Assembly: GCA_945890715.1 (NCBI GenBank)
Contig: CAMDCX010000002.1
Span: forward strand, 11,869 to 75,868
Length of the DNA stretch: 64,000 nucleotides
From: PVC group bacterium
GTDB taxonomy: Bacteria; Verrucomicrobiota; Kiritimatiellia; CAIKKV01; CAITUY01
Direction: 5' to 3'
Shown: positions 27,301 to 35,663 of the stretch, one piece after another
Layout: the number at the start of each line of letters is the position of its first letter
Numbering within the stretch: the first letter of the stretch is position 1
Translations under genes and position numbers: made by a program
Notes under the pieces: model-generated
Seen by the model: only the letters and a program-made list of their open reading frames with translations
Told to the model about the DNA's origin: nothing
Database searches by the model: none

Positions 27301-28697
27301 CCCTGAATTTTGACGCCGATGAAGTGGCGCGATGGAGTGGCGGGCAGTGGATGTCCCGACCGTCAGTCCCCCTGTCCTCCATTGTTCATGACACTCGACA
27401 GGTGGTGCCCGGTGCCTTGTTTGTGGCGATTCTTGGAACGCGTTTTGACGGACATGCGTTTATCGGCGAAGCGGCTCAAAAAGGAGCCGGTGCGGCCCTG
27501 GTGTCCCGAAGTCGACGTGATGAATTTGCCTCTCTGAAGATTCCCTTGCTTGCCGTGGAGGATCCGGCTCGGGCATTGCGCGATATCGCCACCGGCTATC
27601 GACTCAAGCTGGGGCTTCCGGTGATCGGGGTTACGGGGAGCACCGGGAAGACGACGGTTAAGGAAATGATTGCCAGTTTGCTTCAGTCGGCCATGCCCAC
27701 CGCCCGGACAAAGGGAAATTGGAACAACGAAATCGGTCTTCCCCTGAGCATTCTCGCGATTCCCCCGGAGTCACGGGCGGCGGTTCTGGAATTGGGAATC
27801 AGCCATCCCGGAGAGATGGCGCCCCTGTGTGCCATCGCCCGACCGGATTGGGGGGTGATTACCAATGTCGGGCCCGTGCATCTGGAATTCTTTGAATCTG
27901 TTGAGGCGATTGCCCGTGAGAAGGGGGAATTGTTCAGGAGTTTGCCCACCGGTGGAACGGCCGTGTTAAGCCTCGACGAACCCTGCCTCGGGCTACTTCG
28001 CGGTCTGGCGCGCTGTCGTGTGGTGACCACATCACTGAATCCGGAATCGGACGCTGACTATGTGCTGGTGAGGGCGGCCCGACAGGGAGGGGAGTGTGTG
28101 GTGGCGGATCGGATTGACGGCGGAATCCATACGTTCCGACTTCCGCTTCCCGGTGTCCACAATTGTCACAATGCCCTGCAGGCGGTGGCGGTCGCACGAG
28201 GGTTTGGCGTGTCATGGGACGGCATTGCGGCGGCATTTGAAGGCCTTGTGGCGCCGCCGATGCGGTGGGAATGCCGGGAGTGTGGCGGATTCACGATCAT
28301 CAATGATGCGTATAATGCGAATCCCGTCAGCATGCAGGCCGCGCTTGACACTTTCAGGGACAGGGAAGGGTCCGGCCAGAAATGGCTGGCGCTGGGTGAC
28401 ATGTTGGAACTGGGTCCGGGCGAAATCGAGGCGCATCGGAACATTGGTCGTGCTCTCGCCGAGGGCCCGTGGGCGGGGTTGGTCACGGTGGGCGTGCTGG
28501 GCGCACGAATGGCGGAAGGGGCGCTGGCCTCCGGAATGCCTGCTGCGCGTGTTCATACCTGTGTAACGGTTTCGGAAGCTTCAGAATACCTGAAGGAAAG
28601 AATGGTCAAGGGGGATGTCCTGTTGATAAAAGCATCCCGTGGAAAGCGCCTGGAGGATATTATCCCCGGGCTGACAATGGGGACGGGGAAGGATTGA
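27297..28697 (+). CDS. murF: UDP-MurNAc-tripeptide:D-Ala-D-Ala ligase
   Basis: GVTGSTGKTTVKEM and DAYNANP motifs; 4-nt overlap with murE. Confidence 0.9.
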   Translation: MTLNFDADEVARWSGGQWMSRPSVPLSSIVHDTRQVVPGALFVAILGTRFDGHAFIGEAAQKGAGAALVSRSRRDEFASLKIPLLAVEDPARALRDIATGYRLKLGLPVIGVTGSTGKTTVKEMIASLLQSAMPTARTKGNWNNEIGLPLSILAIPPESRAAVLELGISHPGEMAPLCAIARPDWGVITNVGPVHLEFFESVEAIAREKGELFRSLPTGGTAVLSLDEPCLGLLRGLARCRVVTTSLNPESDADYVLVRAARQGGECVVADRIDGGIHTFRLPLPGVHNCHNALQAVAVARGFGVSWDGIAAAFEGLVAPPMRWECRECGGFTIINDAYNANPVSMQAALDTFRDREGSGQKWLALGDMLELGPGEIEAHRNIGRALAEGPWAGLVTVGVLGARMAEGALASGMPAARVHTCVTVSEASEYLKERMVKGDVLLIKASRGKRLEDIIPGLTMGTGKD

Positions 28698-28701
28698 GGG
28701 A

Positions 28702-29802
28702 ATGTTTTATTATCTGAGTTATCTCAGCAATTGGATGTCCGAGCTGCGGGTGTTTAAATACATCACCGTGCGAGCTTTTGCGGGTGCCGCGACGGCCTTT
28801 TTGATTTGCGTGATTTTGGGGCCGTGGGTGATTCGGCAACTCCAGCGCCTCAGGGTTCAGCAGTATGTCCGCAAGGAGGAATCAGCGCCCCTACATGACT
28901 TGCACAAGAAAAAAGAAGGCACGCCGACAATGGGCGGGATCCTGATCATCGGATCCGTTACGGTGTCCACCTTGCTGTGGGCGGTGCCGACCAATATTTT
29001 TGTGTGGCTGACCCTGCTGACCTTTTTGTTCATGGGAGCAGTCGGATTCATTGATGATTTTGCGAAATTGAAAGGGAAAAGCTCAAAAGGCCTGAGCGCC
29101 CGGGGCAAATCCGGACTCCAGCTTCTTTGGGCAGTATTGATGGGCGCGGCGCTGCTGGTGATTCCCGCGACCCGTGAGCATGCCCGGGAGTTGATGGTGC
29201 CTTTCCTCAAGGGGCCGCTGGTGACCGACATGGGGTGGTTTTTAGCCGTGGTCTTTGTCGTGGTGATCATCGTTGGCGCGAGCAATGCCGTGAACCTGAC
29301 CGACGGGCTTGACGGGTTGGCGATCGGATGCACGAGTTCGGTAGCCGTGGCCTATCTGGTAATGGCCTATGTGGCCGGTCATCGTGCCTTTGCGGACTAT
29401 CTGTTTCTTCCTCACATTCCGGGAAGCGGGGAACTGGCCGTGTTTTGCGGATGCCTGCTTGGGGGGAGTCTCGGGTTCCTGTGGTACAACTGTCATCCCG
29501 CGCAGGTGTTCATGGGTGATACCGGCAGTCTGGCGCTGGGCGGGGCCATTGCCATGGTGGCGATCCTGATCAAGCAGGAACTTCTTCTTGTGATTGTGGG
29601 CGGGGTGTTTGTCATGGAGGCGATGAGTGTCATTCTTCAGGTGGCTTCCTTCAAGTTGCGCGGCAAACGCATTTTTGCCTGTGCGCCCATTCATCATCAT
29701 TTTGAAATTCGCAAGTGGAGTGAAACTCAGGTTACCATCCGTTTCTGGATCCTCTCCATCCTTTTCGCGCTCATTGGGGTGGCGACCCTGAAGATCAGGT
29801 AA
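28702..29802 (+). CDS. mraY: Phospho-MurNAc-pentapeptide translocase
   Basis: KxGTPTMGG, NAVNLTDGLDGLA and HHHFE motifs; polytopic membrane protein. Confidence 0.92.
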   Translation: MFYYLSYLSNWMSELRVFKYITVRAFAGAATAFLICVILGPWVIRQLQRLRVQQYVRKEESAPLHDLHKKKEGTPTMGGILIIGSVTVSTLLWAVPTNIFVWLTLLTFLFMGAVGFIDDFAKLKGKSSKGLSARGKSGLQLLWAVLMGAALLVIPATREHARELMVPFLKGPLVTDMGWFLAVVFVVVIIVGASNAVNLTDGLDGLAIGCTSSVAVAYLVMAYVAGHRAFADYLFLPHIPGSGELAVFCGCLLGGSLGFLWYNCHPAQVFMGDTGSLALGGAIAMVAILIKQELLLVIVGGVFVMEAMSVILQVASFKLRGKRIFACAPIHHHFEIRKWSETQVTIRFWILSILFALIGVATLKIR

Positions 29803-29859
29803 AAAGGGGTTAAGGGGTTCAGTCAGAGGAGCTCAAAATTCATTGATAGTAGAAATCTC

Positions 29860-32061
29860 ATGCACGGCCAGCTTAACCCCTTAACTCCTAAACCCCTGAT
29901 CCCCTCCGTAAAGACGGCGCTGGTTCTCGGTCTGGGTTCCAGCGGGGACGCCGCAGCGAGACTGCTGCGGCGGCAGGGGGTGGCGGTCACTCTTTTGGAT
30001 GCCGGCTCGGGCGCGGCTCTGGACGCGAAGGCGCGTGTCTTGAGAGAGGCGGGATGCATCGTCAGCCTCGGATCCCGCGCCTTGCCGGAAGGCGACTACG
30101 GCCTGGTTGTGGTGAGTCCCGGAATACCAATGGAGGATCCGTGGATTGTGACCCTGACGCAACGCGGGATTCCGGTCATTTCAGAGCTCGAGCTTGGGTG
30201 GCGGTTTTGTCGCAGTCGCGTTCTCGCGGTCACCGGATCCAATGGAAAAAGCACGCTGGTAAAACTATGCCGTGAGGCGCTTGAACAAGATGGCTTCACG
30301 GCGGTCGCCGGCGGGAATTACGGAATCCCCCTTTCGGTGCTGGTGTGCGAGGAGTCGGCGCCGGACTGGATTGTGGTGGAAGTGAGCTCCTTTCAACTTG
30401 AGACGGTGGATCAGTTCGCCCCCGATGCCGGCATTCTTTTGAACCTCAACCCCAACCACCTCGACCGGCATGGCTCCATGGAGGTGTATTTGAAACTGAA
30501 GGCCCGGCTTTTTGCGCGGATGACGGGCGGGCAGGTTGCCGTGATGTCCGAGACGGCGCCGGGGATCATCCGGGAGGCGATTCCCCGGGAAGCGCATCGG
30601 GCGACTTTCGGGCTATCGGAAGCCGCCGCCTTCCGCTACTCACGGGGATTTATTACCGGGCCTGGGTTGGTGCATCCCGTTTCCGTTGAGGGGACTGTTT
30701 TTGACAATGAAGTCATGGGGGTAACGGCGGCGGCCTGTGTGGCGGCGCTGGTCGGAGCCGGGCTTTCCCCGGAGGGTGTGACGGCGGCAGCGCGCCACTT
30801 TGAGCGGTTGCCCCACCGCATGCAAACGATCGCGACGGTTCGGAATGTGACGTTTGTGAATGACTCCAAGGCAACCAATTTGGCGGCGCTGTCGGCCGGC
30901 CTGGGAATGGCGTGCGGACCCGTGCGCCTGATCGCGGGGGGCTTGCTTAAGGAAAAAGACTTGGATTCGGTGAAAAATAATCTGGTCAAGCGGGTGCGCG
31001 GTGTCTACATTATCGGGAAATATTCGCAGGTCATGGCTTCCGCCTGGAAGGACGCTGTCCCCTGTGTGATATGTACGGATTTGAAAGAGGCCGTTCAGCG
31101 GGCGTGGAAAGATGCCCAAGCGGGTGAGTGGGTTCTTCTTTCACCGGGCTGTGCGAGTTTCGACCAGTTTAAAAGTTTCGAGGATAGAGGCGAACAGTTT
31201 ATCAATATTGTAAGAGACATTGAAAAAGGAGACATGATTGTGAAAAAGGCGCGGATGATGGGGTCGATGGTGGTGGTGGCAGGTGGTTTAATGTTGAGCG
31301 CGGGTTGCGGAACAACCAAGGTTGATTCCTCCGCAGTCGAACCGGTGGTGATGCCGCCGATGACGGAAACGGTTGCCCCGGTGATCAAAGTTGAGGAAGT
31401 GAAGCAGCCGGTTGCCGAAGTTCAAACCAAGACCTATGTGGTCAAGTCAGGCGACAGCATCGGGCTCATTGCCAAGCGGTTCAAGGTTCCGTCCAAGGAT
31501 ATCCTGAGCCTGAACAAGATCACCAATGCAAATAAGATTCGTATTGGCCAGAAATTGACACTTCCGGGTTATGTTGATCTGGGCGCCCCGGCTCCGGCCA
31601 AGACGGCCAAGGCCAAGAAGGTCGTCAAAGTGGCCCTCAGTGGTGACGTCTATGTGGTGAAGTCCGGTGATACACTGGGACACATTGCGGTGGCTCATAA
31701 GACCACGGTTCGCGCGATCAAGCAGGCGAACGGCCTGACGAGCGACAAGGTGCACATCGGCCAGAAGCTTGCGCTTCCCAAGGGTGCGGCAAAGGTTGAG
31801 AAGGCTCCTGCGGTGGAGGGTGCGGCTCCTGGGGAGACTGCGGTTCCGGCGGTGGACGGTACGGTGCCTGGTCCGGTGGAGGTCGTTGCGCCTGCTCCCA
31901 AGTCGAACGAAGTGCTGCATGTTGTCGAGCCTAATCAGGATTTGAGCTCCATTGCCATGATGTACGGAGTTCGAGCCGAGGAAGTGATCCAGTTGAACAG
32001 CCTGTCGTCTCCCGATGTAAAGGTCGGACAGACATTGAAAATTCCGCCGCCTGCTGAGTGA
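29860..32061 (+). CDS. murD: MurD (UDP-MurNAc-L-Ala:D-Glu ligase) reading in frame, with no stop, into a LysM lipoprotein module
   Basis: The MurD part (about 458 aa) shows VLGLGSSGDAAA, VTGSNGKST and SPGCASFDQFKSFEDRGEQF. It continues without a stop into MIVKKARMMGSMVVVAGGLMLSAGCG plus three LysM repeats. Confidence 0.8.
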   Translation: MHGQLNPLTPKPLIPSVKTALVLGLGSSGDAAARLLRRQGVAVTLLDAGSGAALDAKARVLREAGCIVSLGSRALPEGDYGLVVVSPGIPMEDPWIVTLTQRGIPVISELELGWRFCRSRVLAVTGSNGKSTLVKLCREALEQDGFTAVAGGNYGIPLSVLVCEESAPDWIVVEVSSFQLETVDQFAPDAGILLNLNPNHLDRHGSMEVYLKLKARLFARMTGGQVAVMSETAPGIIREAIPREAHRATFGLSEAAAFRYSRGFITGPGLVHPVSVEGTVFDNEVMGVTAAACVAALVGAGLSPEGVTAAARHFERLPHRMQTIATVRNVTFVNDSKATNLAALSAGLGMACGPVRLIAGGLLKEKDLDSVKNNLVKRVRGVYIIGKYSQVMASAWKDAVPCVICTDLKEAVQRAWKDAQAGEWVLLSPGCASFDQFKSFEDRGEQFINIVRDIEKGDMIVKKARMMGSMVVVAGGLMLSAGCGTTKVDSSAVEPVVMPPMTETVAPVIKVEEVKQPVAEVQTKTYVVKSGDSIGLIAKRFKVPSKDILSLNKITNANKIRIGQKLTLPGYVDLGAPAPAKTAKAKKVVKVALSGDVYVVKSGDTLGHIAVAHKTTVRAIKQANGLTSDKVHIGQKLALPKGAAKVEKAPAVEGAAPGETAVPAVDGTVPGPVEVVAPAPKSNEVLHVVEPNQDLSSIAMMYGVRAEEVIQLNSLSSPDVKVGQTLKIPPPAE
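31234..32061 (+). CDS. LysM-repeat lipoprotein (3 LysM domains), possibly translated independently from an internal start
   Basis: AAGGAG at 31226-31231 precedes ATG 31234 and GTG 31240. Signal peptide plus lipobox LSAGC. LysM repeats YVVKSGDSIGLIAKRF..., YVVKSGDTLGHIAVAH..., HVVEPNQDLSSIAMMY.... Confidence 0.5.
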   Translation: MIVKKARMMGSMVVVAGGLMLSAGCGTTKVDSSAVEPVVMPPMTETVAPVIKVEEVKQPVAEVQTKTYVVKSGDSIGLIAKRFKVPSKDILSLNKITNANKIRIGQKLTLPGYVDLGAPAPAKTAKAKKVVKVALSGDVYVVKSGDTLGHIAVAHKTTVRAIKQANGLTSDKVHIGQKLALPKGAAKVEKAPAVEGAAPGETAVPAVDGTVPGPVEVVAPAPKSNEVLHVVEPNQDLSSIAMMYGVRAEEVIQLNSLSSPDVKVGQTLKIPPPAE

Positions 32062-33197
32062 TGCGGAAAACGCCCACCATATTAGTGGGCATCGTTCTTT
32101 TGTTGCTGGCGCTGGGCATCGTTATGTTGGCCAGCGCCAGTTCTGTTAAAGGGAACGCTGTCTACAAGGACGCGAACTACTTCCTGATCCGGCAGCTGGT
32201 CTGGTTGGCGGCGGCTCTTGTGGCGGGCGGAATTACGGCGTCCATCGATTATCACCGCTGGCCCCGCTGGTGGATTCCCATCTCGGTTTTTGCGGGATTG
32301 TTTTTAGTGCTTGTTCTGATTCCCCATGTGGGCGTCAAGATCAACGGGAGCTACCGCTGGCTCAGGATCGGAAGCTTCAGCGCCCAGCCTTCCGAGTTTT
32401 CAAAGTTTGCCATGGTGATCATGATGAGCACCTGGATGGCCAAAAGTGGAGCCAGAAGCGGAACCTTCCGGGAGGGAGTTCTCAAGCCGGGGTTGTTGCT
32501 GGGGCCGTTGTTAGGGCTTGTTTTTCTGGAGCCGGATTATGGAACCACCATTCTGCTTGCCGTGGTGGGATGTTCCATCATGTTTTCCGGGGGGAGTCCC
32601 CGCCGGTATCTGGCCTTGGGCATCGTGGTCGGACTTATTGGATTTGCGTTTGCCGTCATGCATGATCCGGTTCGGGCGGGACGAATTCTGGCGTTTATTG
32701 AGCCGGATAAATATCCGGCAGCGGCGTACCATCTTCAGCAGTCTGAGCAGGCGTTTACGCTGGGCGGAGTCTGGGGCGTTGGCCTGGGGGAGAGTCTTCA
32801 GAAACATTTCTACCTTCCTGAAGCGCACACGGATTTCATTCTGGCCATTATTGGGGAAGAATTGGGGTTGGCGGCCACCGTTCTCGTGGTTCTTCTTTTT
32901 GCGGGATTTTTGGCGTGCGGAACGGTGATCAGTTTTCAGGCACCCGATCCTATTGGACGGTTGATGGGGCTCGGGTTTACCTTGATGACGGCGATCCAGG
33001 CCACAATCAATGTGGGAGTGGTGACCGGATGTCTTCCCACCAAGGGGTTGGCTCTGCCGTTCATCAGTTACGGCGGTTCCAGCCTTATTGTCTCGATGAT
33101 GGGGGTCGGGGTTTTGTTGAACATCGCCCGTCAGGGTGTGGTGACAGAGGAACGCGCTGTTAATCTGGCGGTTCGGGACAAGGGTCGCTGGCTGTAG
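32058..33197 (+). CDS. ftsW: SEDS-family peptidoglycan glycosyltransferase FtsW
   Basis: Polytopic FtsW/RodA pattern (QPSEFSKF, PEAHTDFI, LPTKGLALPFISYGGSS), in dcw context. The start overlaps the upstream stop. Confidence 0.88.
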   Translation: MMRKTPTILVGIVLLLLALGIVMLASASSVKGNAVYKDANYFLIRQLVWLAAALVAGGITASIDYHRWPRWWIPISVFAGLFLVLVLIPHVGVKINGSYRWLRIGSFSAQPSEFSKFAMVIMMSTWMAKSGARSGTFREGVLKPGLLLGPLLGLVFLEPDYGTTILLAVVGCSIMFSGGSPRRYLALGIVVGLIGFAFAVMHDPVRAGRILAFIEPDKYPAAAYHLQQSEQAFTLGGVWGVGLGESLQKHFYLPEAHTDFILAIIGEELGLAATVLVVLLFAGFLACGTVISFQAPDPIGRLMGLGFTLMTAIQATINVGVVTGCLPTKGLALPFISYGGSSLIVSMMGVGVLLNIARQGVVTEERAVNLAVRDKGRWL

Positions 33198-33227
33198 TAA
33201 GGGCAAGGGAACCACGATATGAGGTGA

Positions 33228-35663
33228 ATGATGACGGATTCCAAAAAAACTCCGGATGTTGAGGTGATGGGGCAGGAGAAATCCGAAAAGACGGATAATA
33301 AGACGATTGTGCCAACCCGGTTCGTCTTTCCCAATACCCTGCCGATTCTGCCGTTGCTGAACCGGCCGCTGTTTCCCAAAATGATGGTTCCGTTGAGCGT
33401 GGATGATGACGTGTTGAAGGCCATGCTTGCCGCCACGGCGGCTTCGTCCTCCAAGTTCATCGGTTTGGTACTGGCTCGAAATGAGGGCGAGAGCGAGGAG
33501 CGCCATATCCCCCGGAAAGCGGCGGATCTTTATTCGGTGGGTGTCATCGCAGAAATTCTCCAGACCAGCCAGCCTTCTCCGGAGGGGCCCATCCAGATCA
33601 TGGTCGGCATCCTGGAACGCTTCAAAATTACCCGGGTGGTGAGCGAGGATCCGCATGTCGTGGTTCATGTCGATTATATCGTTGAGACGGAGATGTCTGA
33701 GAATGATGAGCTTCGCGCCTATTCGCTGTCCATCATCATGGCAATCAAGGAACTGCTTCAGCTCAATCCGCTTTTCAAGGAGGAGCTTAACCTTTTCCTG
33801 AGCCGGTCGAATATCAAGGAACCGGGACGCCTGGCGGATTTTGCAGCCGCCATGACGACCGCCGCCGGGAAGGATCTCCAGGAGGTGCTCGAGGCCTTCA
33901 GCATCCGCGTCCGGATAGAGAAGGTACTGCTGCTGCTCAAGAAGGAAATCGACATCTCCCGTATCCAGGTCAGGATCAACAAGAGCATCGAGGAGAAGGT
34001 CTCCAAACAGCAGCATGATTTCTTCCTGCGCGAGCAACTCAAAGCGATCAAGAAGGAACTGGGTCTCGTCAAAGAGGGCAAAGAGACGGAACTGGATGAG
34101 TTCAAGGAGCGGCTGACCAAACTGACACTGACGCCCGAGGCGAATGAGCGGATTACCGAGGAAATGAATAAACTCGGCATCATGGAGCCCCATTCTCCGG
34201 AATTCACGGTCAGTCGGAATTATGTGGACTGGCTGACATCCCTGCCCTGGGGCGTGTTCAGCAAGGATAGCTATGACATCAAGAAAGCTGGCGGGATCCT
34301 GAACAACGACCACTATGGGTTGGAAGATGTCAAGGATCGGATCCTGGAGTTCCTGTCTGTGGGTATTCTCAAGGGGAATATTTCCGGATCCATCATTTGT
34401 TTTGTCGGGCCGCCCGGAGTGGGCAAGACCTCCATTGGCCAGTCCATTGCGCGGAGTATCGGGCGGCAGTTTTACAGGTTTTCCGTCGGGGGAATGCGTG
34501 ATGAGGCTGAGATCAAGGGACACCGTCGGACCTACATCGGTGCCATGCCGGGGAAATTTCTTCAGGCCATCAAGGTCTGCAAGACCCAGAACCCGGTGAT
34601 CATGCTTGATGAGGTGGATAAGATCGGGGCGAGCTATCACGGTGATCCCGCCTCAGCCCTCCTGGAAGTACTGGATCCCGAGCAGAATAAGGACTTCCTG
34701 GATCATTATCTGGATGTCCGGTTCGATCTGTCGAATGTGCTGTTCATCTGTACGGCCAACCAGCTCGATACGATCCCCGCGCCGCTGCTGGATCGCATGG
34801 AGGTGATCAAGCTGGCTGGATACATCCTGGAGGAGAAGGTTCAGATTGCCCGGAAATTCCTGATTCCCAAGCAATTGAAAGCGCATGGAATGACGTCGAA
34901 ACAGCTTGAAATCAATGACGCGGCACTTCGGGAGATTATTGACGGCTATGCCCGGGAGCCCGGTGTGCGCGGGCTTGAAAACCACATCAAGAAGATCTGC
35001 CGAAAGGCGGCAAAACAGATTGTGGAGAATAAAACTAAGCGGGTGACCGTGACGCTCAAGACGTTGAATGAGTATGTCGGAAAGCGTCTTTTCTCGGAGA
35101 CGGATCCCTACAAGAAGCCGCGGGTCGGTGTTGTCATGGGGCTGGCGTGGACGTCACTGGGTGGATCCACCCTGTATGTCGAGGCGACTCGGGTTGAAGC
35201 CAAGAACGCAGGATTCAAGCAGACCGGACAACTGGGCAGCGTTATGGTGGAATCATCAGAAATTGCCTACACGTATGTGCGATCCCTTCTGAACGGGGTT
35301 GTCGGAGCCAAGGAGTTCTTTGAGAAAAACTTTGTTCATTTGCATGTGCCTGCAGGCGCCACGCCCAAAGACGGTCCCTCCGCCGGGATCACGATGGCCA
35401 CGGCCCTGTATTCATTGGCGTTGAACAAGCCCATCCGGGCTCACTACGCCATGACTGGTGAATTGACCCTTACCGGCTTTGTCCTGCCCATTGGCGGGTT
35501 GAAGGAAAAGACCATTGCCGCCAAACGTGCCGGGGTCGTGGATCTCATCTTTCCCTTCGAAAACAAAAAGGATTTCGATGAGCTTCCCGCTTACATTCGT
35601 AAAGGCTTAAAACCGCATTTTGTCCAATCCTTCAAGGATGTGGTGAAGTTGTGCTTTGCGTGA
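33228..35663 (+). CDS. lon: ATP-dependent Lon protease (LonA)
   Basis: LON N-domain, Walker [10 protein letters not shown], and catalytic [15 protein letters not shown]. Confidence 0.93.
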   Translation: MMTDSKKTPDVEVMGQEKSEKTDNKTIVPTRFVFPNTLPILPLLNRPLFPKMMVPLSVDDDVLKAMLAATAASSSKFIGLVLARNEGESEERHIPRKAADLYSVGVIAEILQTSQPSPEGPIQIMVGILERFKITRVVSEDPHVVVHVDYIVETEMSENDELRAYSLSIIMAIKELLQLNPLFKEELNLFLSRSNIKEPGRLADFAAAMTTAAGKDLQEVLEAFSIRVRIEKVLLLLKKEIDISRIQVRINKSIEEKVSKQQHDFFLREQLKAIKKELGLVKEGKETELDEFKERLTKLTLTPEANERITEEMNKLGIMEPHSPEFTVSRNYVDWLTSLPWGVFSKDSYDIKKAGGILNNDHYGLEDVKDRILEFLSVGILKGNISGSIICFVGPPGVGKTSIGQSIARSIGRQFYRFSVGGMRDEAEIKGHRRTYIGAMPGKFLQAIKVCKTQNPVIMLDEVDKIGASYHGDPASALLEVLDPEQNKDFLDHYLDVRFDLSNVLFICTANQLDTIPAPLLDRMEVIKLAGYILEEKVQIARKFLIPKQLKAHGMTSKQLEINDAALREIIDGYAREPGVRGLENHIKKICRKAAKQIVENKTKRVTVTLKTLNEYVGKRLFSETDPYKKPRVGVVMGLAWTSLGGSTLYVEATRVEAKNAGFKQTGQLGSVMVESSEIAYTYVRSLLNGVVGAKEFFEKNFVHLHVPAGATPKDGPSAGITMATALYSLALNKPIRAHYAMTGELTLTGFVLPIGGLKEKTIAAKRAGVVDLIFPFENKKDFDELPAYIRKGLKPHFVQSFKDVVKLCFA

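Noticed and set aside
32511-34640. 709-aa minus-strand ORF spanning ftsW and lon
   Set aside because: It is antisense to two confidently identified genes and crosses their intergenic gap. The translation is H/R/L/D-rich without domains, so it is a shadow ORF.
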